Positions 46,911-56,346 of a stretch of 64,000 bases of DNA are shown piece by piece (within the stretch, counting starts at the first letter, position 1; every line of letters begins with the position of its first letter). The position numbers and the translations under genes are program-made. A model generated the notes under the pieces. That model was not told the origin of the DNA. It saw only the letters and a program-made list of their open reading frames with translations, and did not search any database. Source of the DNA: Ilumatobacteraceae bacterium (GTDB lineage Bacteria; Actinomycetota; Acidimicrobiia; Acidimicrobiales; Ilumatobacteraceae); NCBI GenBank assembly GCA_044355095.1, contig JBIKYT010000002.1:11971-75970 (forward strand), given 5' to 3'.

Positions 46911-47365
46911 TGAGCGTGCTCGTCGCTCTCATCATTGGTGCAGTTGTCGCAACAGTTGCAGTGGTGGTTCGGCGACGTCAAGTTGTTGATGCGCCAACGC
47001 AAAAGGTCTTTGCCGCACCAACACAGATCGACCGAGTTGACTTTCCCGCCGCTCAGCAGGAATGGTTGGTGGCAGTATTTACATCCGCGTCATGTCATGT
47101 GTGTGCCGACATGTTGGCGAAGGCACAAGTTGTTGCCAGTAAGCAAGTGGCGGTTTTAGATGTTGAATACTCTGAAAACAAAGAGTTGCATCGCAAATAC
47201 AACATTGAGGCTGTTCCGACTGTTGTGGTGAGTGATGCGCACGGAGTCGTGCATAAGTCATTTCTCGGGCCGGTCAGCGCAACAGATTTATGGGCAGGCG
47301 TGGCATCGGCTCGCGATCCGCAACTACAAACGTCAGCGGATGGCCACTGTCAAGATCACGAATAG
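46907..47365 (+). CDS. Membrane-anchored thioredoxin-fold protein (CxxC = CHVC)
   Basis: ATGA overlap with the upstream gene. N-terminal TM segment, WLVAVFTSASCHVC active-site-like motif, and an IEAVPTVVV cis-Pro loop. Confidence 0.65.
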   Translation: MMSVLVALIIGAVVATVAVVVRRRQVVDAPTQKVFAAPTQIDRVDFPAAQQEWLVAVFTSASCHVCADMLAKAQVVASKQVAVLDVEYSENKELHRKYNIEAVPTVVVSDAHGVVHKSFLGPVSATDLWAGVASARDPQLQTSADGHCQDHE

Positions 47366-47386
47366 TGTTTTGAATTAGGAGCTAGG

Positions 47387-49378
47387 TCAGTCGATGACGC
47401 TGATCGGTGACTGCGTGTTGCCGTCGAGGCCCTGTTGCACAAGTGCATTGACAAGGTCTCCATCGATGGTCTCTTTTTCGAGAAGTGCTTGGGCAACTAG
47501 ATCAAGACCGATGCGATGCTTAGAGAGAAGTTCGATCGCACGAGTTTCCTGCTGGCGCAAGATGGTGTTGATCTCTTCGTCCATGAGTCGTGCGGTGTCA
47601 TCGCTGTATTCGCGTCCACCAGTCATCAAGTCTTCACCCAGGAAGACATTTTGCTGATTATGCCAAGCCATGGGGCCGACCTTGTCGCTCATGCCCCATT
47701 CGCGCACCATGCGGCGCGCCAAACCGGTGACTACTTCAAGGTCATTTGAAGCACCAGTGGTCTGCTGTTGGAACACCAATTCTTCGGCGACGCGACCACC
47801 AAGAGCCATGCAGATTCGGTCAAGGATGTAATCCTTCGAAAAACTATGGCGTTCTTCAGGGAGTGTTTGCGTGACACCAAGGGCCATGCCTCGCGGAAGA
47901 ATGGTGACCTTATGTAATGCATCACCATGCGGCAAGACAGTTGCCAAAATTGCGTGGCCACCTTCGTGGTAAGCAGTGACACGCTTTTCTTCTGCGGACA
48001 AGATGAGTGAGTCTCGGCGGGCTCCCATCATGATGCGATCGCGAGCTGACTCAAAGTCGATGCGCTCAATCTGTGCACTGGCGCGACGTACGGCGAAGAG
48101 TGCTGCTTCATTCACCAAGTTGGCGAGGTCGGCACCGCTCATACCAGGAGTGCCCTTGGCCATGGTGTCGAGATCAACATCGGGTCCCATGCGCTTGTCG
48201 CGACTGTGAACTCGCAAAATGGCCGCCCGCTCTTCAAACTCGGGTAACGGAACAACGATCTGGCGGTCAAAGCGACCTGGGCGGAGCAACGCAGGGTCAA
48301 GAACATCGGGACGGTTTGTCGCCGCCAAAATCACGATGCCTTCCGATGTTTCGAACCCGTCCATTTCGGACAACATTTGGTTCAAGGTTTGTTCACGTTC
48401 ATCGTGACCTCCACCGAGACCAGCGCCACGCTTACGACCGATTGAGTCGATTTCATCAATGAAAATAATGGCTTTACCCATTTTGCGGGCCTGCTGGAAC
48501 AAGTCGCGTACTCGGCTTGCACCAACGCCAACGAACATTTCCATGAAGTCAGAACCAGTGACTGACAAGAAACCAACGCCAGCTTCACCTGCAACTGCGC
48601 GTGCAAAAAGAGTCTTACCCGTTCCCGGAGGGCCGACCAGCAACATTCCCTTAGGAACCTTGGCGCCAATTTCCTTGAAACGTTCGGGCATACGCAAGAA
48701 ATCAACAACCTCTTTGATTTCAGTTTTGACACCCTCGTATCCGGCGATGTCGGCGAACGTAGTTGAGGGACGGTCAGCGTTGTAAGCCTTGGCGCGACTG
48801 CGACCAATTGACATCATGTTGCCCATTTGTCCCGATGCACGTTTGTTCATCCACACCAAGAATCCAATGATCAAAATGAATGGCAGCAACAGCGGAATGA
48901 GATTCATGACCCAATTTGTTTGGGGAGTATTGGGTTTGAAATCAACACCTTGTCCACGGAGAAGTTCGCGATCTTTTTCGTTCGGAAATCCGGGGGGAGC
49001 AGTTGTCGAGAATGAACTGCCATCCGTGAATGTTCCAGTGATCGTCAGCGTTGCGTTATTTAGTTTGACTTCGTCAACTTTTCCGTTCGTGACTTGAGTA
49101 ATGAATTCTTCAAAGCCCAATTTTTCACGGTCGGGACCGGGAAGTAGTTGAGGTCCGAAAATGAGGACCAAAATCAGACCGAGGAGCAGCCAGGGTGACC
49201 ACTTAGGCATTGAAGGACGGCCAGCGGGTTTGCCATCGGGCGATGATGATTCTTTGTTCGCCTGCGAGCGACCCATCTTGCGCGGTGGTTGACCACCAGC
49301 CGAGGGTGGCGTAGGTGACGGGGGCGGAGGGGGAGGAGTGGACTCGCTCATGTCGCCATGATACGACCGCTTGGTCAC
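47387..49378 (-). CDS. ftsH: ATP-dependent zinc metalloprotease FtsH
   Basis: Pro-rich N-terminus, two TM segments, Walker A GPPGTGKT, SRH region, and HEGGH zinc motif. The start is GTG 49378 or ATG 49351. Confidence 0.95.
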   Translation of the reverse strand: MTKRSYHGDMSESTPPPPPPSPTPPSAGGQPPRKMGRSQANKESSSPDGKPAGRPSMPKWSPWLLLGLILVLIFGPQLLPGPDREKLGFEEFITQVTNGKVDEVKLNNATLTITGTFTDGSSFSTTAPPGFPNEKDRELLRGQGVDFKPNTPQTNWVMNLIPLLLPFILIIGFLVWMNKRASGQMGNMMSIGRSRAKAYNADRPSTTFADIAGYEGVKTEIKEVVDFLRMPERFKEIGAKVPKGMLLVGPPGTGKTLFARAVAGEAGVGFLSVTGSDFMEMFVGVGASRVRDLFQQARKMGKAIIFIDEIDSIGRKRGAGLGGGHDEREQTLNQMLSEMDGFETSEGIVILAATNRPDVLDPALLRPGRFDRQIVVPLPEFEERAAILRVHSRDKRMGPDVDLDTMAKGTPGMSGADLANLVNEAALFAVRRASAQIERIDFESARDRIMMGARRDSLILSAEEKRVTAYHEGGHAILATVLPHGDALHKVTILPRGMALGVTQTLPEERHSFSKDYILDRICMALGGRVAEELVFQQQTTGASNDLEVVTGLARRMVREWGMSDKVGPMAWHNQQNVFLGEDLMTGGREYSDDTARLMDEEINTILRQQETRAIELLSKHRIGLDLVAQALLEKETIDGDLVNALVQQGLDGNTQSPISVID

Positions 49379-49467
49379 ACTGTGTGGGTCGGGCGCAGTT
49401 CAGTATGGGTGTCTGAGTACTACAGAAGTCACAGTTGACTCAACGGACCATGGCATAACCCGTTCAG

Positions 49468-49530
49468 CCGATCCACCAAAGACCGATCCACCAAAGACCG
49501 ATCCACCAAAGATGGCCTATCCACCAAAGA
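49468..49530. repeat. Direct repeat array in the ftsH / DUF3499 divergent intergenic region
   Basis: CCGATCCACCAAAGA occurs 3 times in perfect tandem (49468-49512). A fourth copy of the core ATCCACCAAAGA lies at 49519-49530. Core spacing is 15, 15 and 18 bp. Confidence 0.95.
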
Positions 49531-49557
49531 TGCCCTGAAATCTCATAACTTTTCGCC

Positions 49558-49785
49558 ATGCGTTCGTGCACTCGTAGTGGTTGTCGGGAGACCGCCCACA
49601 TTTCGTTGACCTTTCAGTACAACACCTCAGTCGTTTGGATTAACCACATCGAAGAAGAGCGCGATTTGCACATGTACGAGTTGTGTGACAAGCACTGGCA
49701 GCGTTTTGCGCCACCGAATGGCTGGACCCTTGATGATCGGCGTCGAGCCGAAGTCCTTCCTTTCGTACATCGCCTGGCCGGCTAG
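49558..49785 (+). CDS. DUF3499 family zinc-ribbon-like protein
   Basis: 75 aa. The C-x4-C ... LCDKH pattern and PNGW motif match the family found next to manB and whiB2 in mycobacteria (Rv3258c-like, from memory). There is no SD, so the mRNA may be leaderless. Confidence 0.75.
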   Translation: MRSCTRSGCRETAHISLTFQYNTSVVWINHIEEERDLHMYELCDKHWQRFAPPNGWTLDDRRRAEVLPFVHRLAG

Positions 49786-49793
49786 GTCAGTTC

Positions 49794-50513
49794 ATGACCC
49801 GTCCTCATCCGGCGACGAACGCCACGCGGTTTACCGTCGGCGTGGCCGTCATGGCTTGGCTTTTGGCGTACATGGCGGCACTTCCATTGCAAGGCGTGTT
49901 GATCGCGGCCACCGGTCACAGCGGCGAAAAGTCAGACCAGTGGCCGATTTCAATGACGGTGCTATCCATTTTTTGCTTGTGGATTCCTTTCGTCGTTGCA
50001 CTGATGGTCGCGAGTCGCCGCTGGGGTCAGGGACGGTTTGTCAACGATTACAAGGTTCGAGCACGGTGGGTTGATCTGGCCGGACTGCCCCTTGGCGTGG
50101 CCTGCCAGTTGTTGCTTGTTCCGGCGATTTATTGGCCATTGCAACAGATGTGGCCCGATGCCTTTTCGAGCGACGAAATTGAGCAGCGTGCCCGAGATTT
50201 GTGGGATAAGGCAAACGGGGGTTGGATCATCGTTTTGATCATTGTTGTGGCCCTCGGAGCGCCCTTGATTGAAGAACTGGTGTACCGCGGGCTGATTTTG
50301 CAAGCTTTGCAAAGTCGACTGAACGACTGGTTGGCATTACTGATCTCGTCGGCTTGGTTTGCCCTGATTCACTTGCAACCCGTGGAATTGCCAGGTCTCT
50401 TTGCTTTTGCGTTGGTGCTCGGCATCTGTTTTCAACGCACGGGGCGGTTAGGGATGGCGATTTTTGCCCACATTGGGTTCAATGCGGCTGGGTTGTTGCT
50501 CGCGTCTCAGTAG
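49794..50513 (+). CDS. CPBP (CAAX/Abi) family intramembrane metalloprotease
   Basis: EELVYRG (EExxxR), FALIH (FxxxH) and HIGFN motifs within a polytopic protein. Confidence 0.85.
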   Translation: MTRPHPATNATRFTVGVAVMAWLLAYMAALPLQGVLIAATGHSGEKSDQWPISMTVLSIFCLWIPFVVALMVASRRWGQGRFVNDYKVRARWVDLAGLPLGVACQLLLVPAIYWPLQQMWPDAFSSDEIEQRARDLWDKANGGWIIVLIIVVALGAPLIEELVYRGLILQALQSRLNDWLALLISSAWFALIHLQPVELPGLFAFALVLGICFQRTGRLGMAIFAHIGFNAAGLLLASQ

Positions 50514-50528
50514 TGCGAAGGTGGCAAG

Positions 50529-53021
50529 ATGGATGCCTATATGGATGATCTTGAGAATAAGTCCGCCGTGTCTGTCGCCGGTCCTGACGACGAAGTTGAC
50601 GAATCAACGCAGACGGGAATCAAATATGGTTGGAATCCCTTTCGGGGCTCGGAGCGCGAGCGACTCATCATCTTGTGGATCCGCATTGCATTAATCGGAA
50701 TCAGCACGATTATTGCCATCAAAGTCATTCAGCCGTCTTTAGTTTTCAAAGACACCACACCTACCGGCGGAGACATGGGCGCCCATGTCTGGGGTCCGGC
50801 TTACCTTCGCGATCATCTGCTTCCGTGGAAACTCAATGGTTGGTCGATGGATTGGTATTCGGGACTTCCGGTGTATCGCTTCTATATGGTCGTGCCGGCT
50901 TTATTTGTCGTGATTTTGAACTTCATATTTCCGTACGGTGTTGCGCTCAAGATCGTTGCGGTTGCTGGCATCGTGACGTTGCCGATTTGTTGTTGGGCGT
51001 TTGGTCGGCTCGCACGTTTCGCATTTCCGATTCCTGAAATATTTGCGATGGTGGGATTGGTGTATCTCCTTGATGAGAGTTACACCATTTATGGCGGCAA
51101 CGTTGCCTCAACGATGGCGGGTGAATTCTCGTTCTCAATTTCACTTTCGTTTGCAATGTTGGCCTTTGGATTTTTCGCTAATGGCATGCAGACAGGTAAA
51201 CATCGCGTCAAGGCGGCCGTCTTCATGGCACTTGCCGTTTTGTGTCATGGAATTGTGGCCATTTATGTTGCGGTCGGTCTCTTGCTCATGGCGCTTTTGT
51301 GGCTTGATAAATCAAAGCTTCGTTGGTTTGTGACAACTGCTGGATCAGGTGCACTGCTGTCGGCTTTTTGGATTGGGCCATTTTTGTTGAACCACGCCTA
51401 CATGACTGACATGAAATACAAGGGTGAACCAGGCAATGGTTCATTTACTTCATATTGGGGAATGTTTTTCGCCTTGCCGCCATTTTGGAATGTCTTCATT
51501 ATGACTTTCGCGATCATTGGATTTGTAGCCATGATTGTGAAGCGGAATGTGGCAGGAATTTGGCTTGGAGTGACAGCGCTTGTCTTCGCTGCATTCGTTT
51601 ATCTCTTCAATGACAGTTTGCCGATTATTGGTTTGCTATGGAACCCGCGACTGTTGCCGATGTTCAACATGTGTCGTTACCTGCTCGCAGGTATCGGTGT
51701 CATTGAACTCGTTGCTTTCATCGTGCGTTACGCGCAACAAGAACGATCAGCTCGAAACTCTGAGGTTTTTGTTGAAAACACGCAAACCAAGACACAAATG
51801 TTTAATGCTCGAACGATCACGGCAATTGCCTCGTCACTTGTTGTGCTCATTGTTTTAGGTTTCCGTTTTCAGGTATTGCCTTTTGGAAACGTTAAGGATG
51901 AGGGCCAAGGCGCCGAGTACACGTGGGGTCCTTTTGAAGGTGACGCGTCAAGCAAAGGATTTGTTGATGGTTGGGCCCGTTGGAACTTTGCGGGTTACGA
52001 GGGCAAGTCATCGTACGGTGAGTACTACGGAGTAGTGCAAACTATGAAAACTATTGGTGAGACCCGCGGGTGTGGACGCGCGTTGTGGGAAAACTTTGGG
52101 GGGAATGACAAGTACGGAACCACCATGGCGTTGATGTTGCTGCCGTTCTGGACTGATGGCTGCATTGGATCAAGCGAAGGATTGTTCTTTGAAGCAGCCG
52201 GTACGACGCCGTATCACTTTTTGGCGGCAGGTGCGATGTCAAAGCAATCTTCGAATCCAGTTCGCGAATTGCGATATGTCAATAACGATGCCGAAATCGG
52301 AGTGTCATATTTGCAAGAACTCGGAATCAACTACTACTTGGCAGTGACCCCAGAGGCAATTGCAAAGGCCGACGAGCTAGCCGCGAATGGCGGTGGCCTC
52401 TCACCTCTTGAAACCAGCGGTCCGTGGCACATTTATTCTGTTGGAAATTCCGACATCGTGGTCCCTCTTGACACTTTGCCAGTTGTTGTAAACGAGCGAT
52501 CTGGTGACTTGCGAGAACGTTGGCTTGAACTTGGTACGAGTTGGTTGCAGAACCGAACCGAGTGGGATGCACTTCCCGCGGCGGGCGGACCCAAGGAATG
52601 GCAACGTATTGATGTGTCCGTTGATGCGACACGACGCGAGGGTGAACCTGGTTCTGACTCGCGAAAAGTTGATGTGGTCAAGCCAGTTCAAGCAATCGTG
52701 CCGACCAAAGTTGAACCAGCAGTTGTGTCCGATGTGGAAATCGGCGACGACACTGTGTCATTTTCGGTTGACAAAATTGGTGTTCCCGTTCTGGTTCGGG
52801 TGAGTTATTTCCCGAACTGGAAAGTGTCTGGAGCGGAAGGTCCGTACCGAGTTGCGCCGAACATGATGGTTGTCGTGCCGACATCGACCGATGTTTCCAT
52901 GCATTTCCAAGCCGGTTTTGTCGACCGCTTTGCGTACCTATTGACGATTGTCGGGTTTGTGGCTCTGTTCGTGATGTGGCGTCGAGATCGGCGTCCACAA
53001 GAAGTCCCCACCGACCTCTGA
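50529..53021 (+). CDS. 830-aa polytopic membrane protein with a large extracytoplasmic C-terminal domain; GT-C / YfhO-like glycosyltransferase candidate
   Basis: More than 10 hydrophobic helices. The first external loop reads TGGDMGAHVWGPAYLRDHL..W..WYSGLP, reminiscent of YfhO/GT-C loop-1 acidic motifs. A soluble region of ~380 aa and a terminal TM segment follow. Confidence 0.4.
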   Translation: MDAYMDDLENKSAVSVAGPDDEVDESTQTGIKYGWNPFRGSERERLIILWIRIALIGISTIIAIKVIQPSLVFKDTTPTGGDMGAHVWGPAYLRDHLLPWKLNGWSMDWYSGLPVYRFYMVVPALFVVILNFIFPYGVALKIVAVAGIVTLPICCWAFGRLARFAFPIPEIFAMVGLVYLLDESYTIYGGNVASTMAGEFSFSISLSFAMLAFGFFANGMQTGKHRVKAAVFMALAVLCHGIVAIYVAVGLLLMALLWLDKSKLRWFVTTAGSGALLSAFWIGPFLLNHAYMTDMKYKGEPGNGSFTSYWGMFFALPPFWNVFIMTFAIIGFVAMIVKRNVAGIWLGVTALVFAAFVYLFNDSLPIIGLLWNPRLLPMFNMCRYLLAGIGVIELVAFIVRYAQQERSARNSEVFVENTQTKTQMFNARTITAIASSLVVLIVLGFRFQVLPFGNVKDEGQGAEYTWGPFEGDASSKGFVDGWARWNFAGYEGKSSYGEYYGVVQTMKTIGETRGCGRALWENFGGNDKYGTTMALMLLPFWTDGCIGSSEGLFFEAAGTTPYHFLAAGAMSKQSSNPVRELRYVNNDAEIGVSYLQELGINYYLAVTPEAIAKADELAANGGGLSPLETSGPWHIYSVGNSDIVVPLDTLPVVVNERSGDLRERWLELGTSWLQNRTEWDALPAAGGPKEWQRIDVSVDATRREGEPGSDSRKVDVVKPVQAIVPTKVEPAVVSDVEIGDDTVSFSVDKIGVPVLVRVSYFPNWKVSGAEGPYRVAPNMMVVVPTSTDVSMHFQAGFVDRFAYLLTIVGFVALFVMWRRDRRPQEVPTDL

Positions 53022-53082
53022 GCAGGCTAAACCCTGAAATCGCTACGGGGTCTGAACTCTCAGCGATAAGGTTCAGAACGTC

Positions 53083-54447
53083 ATGACCTCACAATTTTCT
53101 CTTGATCAGATCGTCAAAGCGTATGACGTTCGGGGCACCGTCCCCGATCAATTCGATGCCGAAGTCGCATACGCCTTGGGCGTTGGATTTGCGCAATTCA
53201 CTCAGACCAGTGTGGCGATCGTGGCACGAGATATGCGACCAACCGGACCTGAATTGGTGGCGGCGTTTGCTCAAGGTTTGATGGAACAAGGCGTTGATGT
53301 CATCGATATCGGCCTTGCATCAACCGACCTGTTGTATTTCGCAGCTGGCAAACTTGACGCACCTGGTGCGATGTTTACTGCATCGCATAATCCGGCCCAA
53401 TACAACGGAATCAAGTTGTGTTTGTCTGGAGCTCGACCCGTTGGCGTCGATACTGGTCTGGCCGAAGTCAAAGACATCGCCCAGAAAATTCTTGATGGGC
53501 TCAAGCCGGTCAAGGCGGCGCGTGCAGGCCGAACCACCGAACGTGATTTGTTGTCGGCGTTTGTCGATCATGTGGTGTCATTCATTGACCCAGCAACGAT
53601 TCGTCCAATGCGAGTTGTTGCCGATACTGCCAACGGCATGGGTGGACTCGTTGTGCCTGCAGTATTTGAACGCTTGCCGCGTCTCGAACTCGAGGTCATG
53701 TATGGCGAACTCGATGGAACTTTCCCCAATCACCCTGCCGATCCATTGCAGGCTGCAAATCAGCGCGATCTTCAGGCTCGCGTTGCGTCTGGCGGATTCG
53801 ATATCGGTTTAGCTTTTGACGGAGATGCTGACCGAGTATTCGTGACTGATGAACTTGGTCGTGGGCTGTCGGGCTCAACAACTACCGGAGTTTTGGCGAC
53901 AAGCATGTTGCGGAAAAGCCCTGGTGCCACCATCTTGCACAACCTCATTTGCAGTCGCGCTGTCCCCGAAGTCATTCGTGAACACGGTGGAGTACCAGTG
54001 CGCACCAAAGTTGGTCACTCATTTATCAAGCAAATGATGGCCGAAACGGGAGCAGTGTTTGGTGGTGAGCATTCAGCGCACTATTACTTTAAAGACAACT
54101 ACCGTGCCGACAGCGGGCTCATCGCCACAATGTTGATGCTCGAAGAAATGAGTCGAGTCGGAGAACCACTGAGTGAAATTCGTCGTTCGTACGAGCGCTA
54201 CTCGTCAAGTGGTGAAATCAACACTCAAGTGGATGACCCAGCGATTGTCATCGAGTCGGTCTCTCAGAAATTCGGTGCATTCCCGCAAGATCGTCTTGAT
54301 GGGCTCACCGTTGATTGCGGACCGTGGTGGTTTAACTTGCGTCCGTCGAATACCGAACCACTTTTGCGCCTCAACCTTGAAGCTCCCGATCGTGATGAAT
54401 GCGATAATCGTGTGGCCGAGCTACTTGCGGCAATAACCTCAGTCTGA
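53083..54447 (+). CDS. manB: Phosphomannomutase / phosphoglucomutase (alpha-D-phosphohexomutase)
   Basis: Active-site TASHNPAQYNG, metal loop FDGDADR, and sugar-binding GGEHSAH. The neighbourhood with DUF3499 favours a phosphomannomutase role. Confidence 0.85.
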   Translation: MTSQFSLDQIVKAYDVRGTVPDQFDAEVAYALGVGFAQFTQTSVAIVARDMRPTGPELVAAFAQGLMEQGVDVIDIGLASTDLLYFAAGKLDAPGAMFTASHNPAQYNGIKLCLSGARPVGVDTGLAEVKDIAQKILDGLKPVKAARAGRTTERDLLSAFVDHVVSFIDPATIRPMRVVADTANGMGGLVVPAVFERLPRLELEVMYGELDGTFPNHPADPLQAANQRDLQARVASGGFDIGLAFDGDADRVFVTDELGRGLSGSTTTGVLATSMLRKSPGATILHNLICSRAVPEVIREHGGVPVRTKVGHSFIKQMMAETGAVFGGEHSAHYYFKDNYRADSGLIATMLMLEEMSRVGEPLSEIRRSYERYSSSGEINTQVDDPAIVIESVSQKFGAFPQDRLDGLTVDCGPWWFNLRPSNTEPLLRLNLEAPDRDECDNRVAELLAAITSV

Positions 54448-54461
54448 AACAAGGAGTTCGT

Positions 54462-54695
54462 ATGCCCATCGATCCAGAACTAGCAAATGTCTTAGCGTGC
54501 CCCGTTGATAAGGGTGTTTTATACATGCTTGATGACGAAGACGCCTTGTACAACCCGCGTTTGCAGCGGCGCTACAGCATCCGCGAAGGTATCGCTGTGA
54601 TGTTGGTTGATGAGTCTGAGGTGGTTTCATCGGCTGAACATGAGCGCATCATGGCCAAGATCGCCGCTGGCGGAATCAAGACCACCGGACGCTGA
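54462..54695 (+). CDS. Trm112 family small zinc-ribbon-like protein
   Basis: 77 aa. AAGGAG SD. The pattern L..LACP..KG.L ... Y.I..GI.VML is typical of Trm112/YcaR. Confidence 0.75.
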   Translation: MPIDPELANVLACPVDKGVLYMLDDEDALYNPRLQRRYSIREGIAVMLVDESEVVSSAEHERIMAKIAAGGIKTTGR

Positions 54696-54894
54696 ATCTG
54701 GGCGTGTCATTGGCGACAGTGTCACAAAGGCTGACTTTGAGCGGTCTACACTCGTGACATCGGGCTGACAGATCGGTGCCAGCAGGCCCCGGCCCGGGAT
54801 AGTGCAAGACAAGATGCAACCTTCGGTTGACATCGTTGTTTGCGCAACCCCGTGTAATGCACATCATGTCAATGACCTCATAAGGAGCCCAACC

Positions 54895-56346
54895 ATGTCC
54901 ACGTCTTTTGCTGATCGTAAAGACTTCCGCGTCGCCGATCTTTCAATGGCCCCATTTGGCCGCAAAGAAATTCATCTCGCCGAGCATGAAATGCCCGGTC
55001 TGCGCGCGTTGCGCAAAGAGTACGGCGTCACCAAGCCGCTGAAAGGTGCACGAATCTCTGGTTCGTTGCATATGACCATTCAGACTGCAGTTCTGATCGA
55101 GACGTTGGTTGAACTTGGTGCTGAAGTTCGTTGGGCATCGTGCAATATTTTCTCGACACAAGATCATGCGGCGGCAGCAATTGCTGTTGGCCCGAACGGA
55201 ACTGTTGACAACCCATCGGGTGTTCCGGTGTTCGCTTGGAAGGGCGAGACACTTGAAGAGTACTGGTGGTGCACCGAGCAGATGATGACGTGGCCTGACG
55301 GCGACGGCCCGAACATGATTCTTGACGACGGTGGCGACGCCACGTTGTTGTTGCACAAGGGTGTTGAGTACGAGAAGTCGGGAGAAGTTCCCGATCCCAC
55401 AACGGCATCTAACGCCGAACTGGCAATCGTGCTTGGTCTTTTGCAGCGCGGTCTCAAGACTGATCCAACTAAGTGGACACGTATGGCCGCAGGTATCAAG
55501 GGTGTTACTGAAGAAACAACTACTGGTGTGATGCGCTTGTACAAGATGTTTGAGCGCAACGAGTTGTTGTTCCCTGCGATCAACGTGAATGACTCAGTGA
55601 CCAAGTCAAAGTTCGACAACTTGTACGGATGCCGTCACTCGTTGATCGACGCAATCTGTCGTGCAACTGACGTCATGATCGCCGGCAAAGTTGCCGTTGT
55701 ATGTGGCTACGGCGATGTTGGTAAGGGTTGCGTGCAGGCATTGCGCGGCCAAGGTGCGCGAGTCATTGTGACAGAAGCCGACCCCATCAATGCTTTGCAG
55801 GCAGCAATGGAGGGTTACCAAGTCACCACTCTCGAAGACATCATTGGTGAAGTTGACATTTTCGTTTCGGCTACTGGCAACGATCACATCATCACGATTG
55901 ATCACATGCTCAAGATGAAGCACAACGCAATTGTGTGCAACATCGGCCACTTCGACTCCGAAATTGATATGGCTGGATTGGCTCGAAGCGGCGCGACACG
56001 TGATGAATTGAAGCCCGGAACCGACTTGTGGTCTTTCCCCGATGGACATGCAATCATCGTGTTGGCTGAAGGCCGTTTGGTCAACCTCGGTTGCGCAACT
56101 GGTCACCCAAGTTTCGTGATGAGCTGTTCATTTTCTAACCAAGTCATTGCGCAAATTGAGTTGTTCACGAACCTCGCGGCGTACCCACTTGGTGTGTATG
56201 TATTGCCAAAGCATCTTGATGAAAAGGTTGCTTCGCTTCACTTAGGTGCACTCGGAGTCAAGTTGACGAAGTTGACCGATGAGCAAGCCGAATACTTGGG
56301 AGTAGCTCCTTCGGGACCATTCAAACCCGAGCGTTACCGCTACTAA
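54895..56346 (+). CDS. ahcY: Adenosylhomocysteinase
   Basis: AAGGAG SD 6 nt before ATG 54895. The track start at 54802 is an over-extension. Blocks: [33 protein letters not shown] motif, and GHFDSEID. Confidence 0.95.
   Translation: MSTSFADRKDFRVADLSMAPFGRKEIHLAEHEMPGLRALRKEYGVTKPLKGARISGSLHMTIQTAVLIETLVELGAEVRWASCNIFSTQDHAAAAIAVGPNGTVDNPSGVPVFAWKGETLEEYWWCTEQMMTWPDGDGPNMILDDGGDATLLLHKGVEYEKSGEVPDPTTASNAELAIVLGLLQRGLKTDPTKWTRMAAGIKGVTEETTTGVMRLYKMFERNELLFPAINVNDSVTKSKFDNLYGCRHSLIDAICRATDVMIAGKVAVVCGYGDVGKGCVQALRGQGARVIVTEADPINALQAAMEGYQVTTLEDIIGEVDIFVSATGNDHIITIDHMLKMKHNAIVCNIGHFDSEIDMAGLARSGATRDELKPGTDLWSFPDGHAIIVLAEGRLVNLGCATGHPSFVMSCSFSNQVIAQIELFTNLAAYPLGVYVLPKHLDEKVASLHLGALGVKLTKLTDEQAEYLGVAPSGPFKPERYRY

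Noticed and set aside
49468-49530. A CRISPR-like array. The same question applies to the 12-bp repeats at 33833-33880.
   Set aside because: The units are directly adjacent with no spacers. They are only 12-15 bp long and number just four copies. No cas genes are present.
49371-49536. A small ORF reading through the 15-bp repeats that would encode (DPPKT)3-like repeats.
   Set aside because: It is below 60 aa and would need a TTG or CTG start overlapping the ftsH start on the other strand. It has no SD. DNA-level perfect repeats in a divergent promoter are better explained as a regulatory array.
54696-54894. A possible SAH riboswitch in the 199-bp region upstream of ahcY.
   Set aside because: I could not find the conserved SAH-element core (GAGGAGCGCUGC ... 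CAGGCUCGG ... AACGGCGCUCA-like pseudoknot) on the plus strand. Only short generic hairpins are present. A covariance-model scan (Rfam RF01057) would be decisive.
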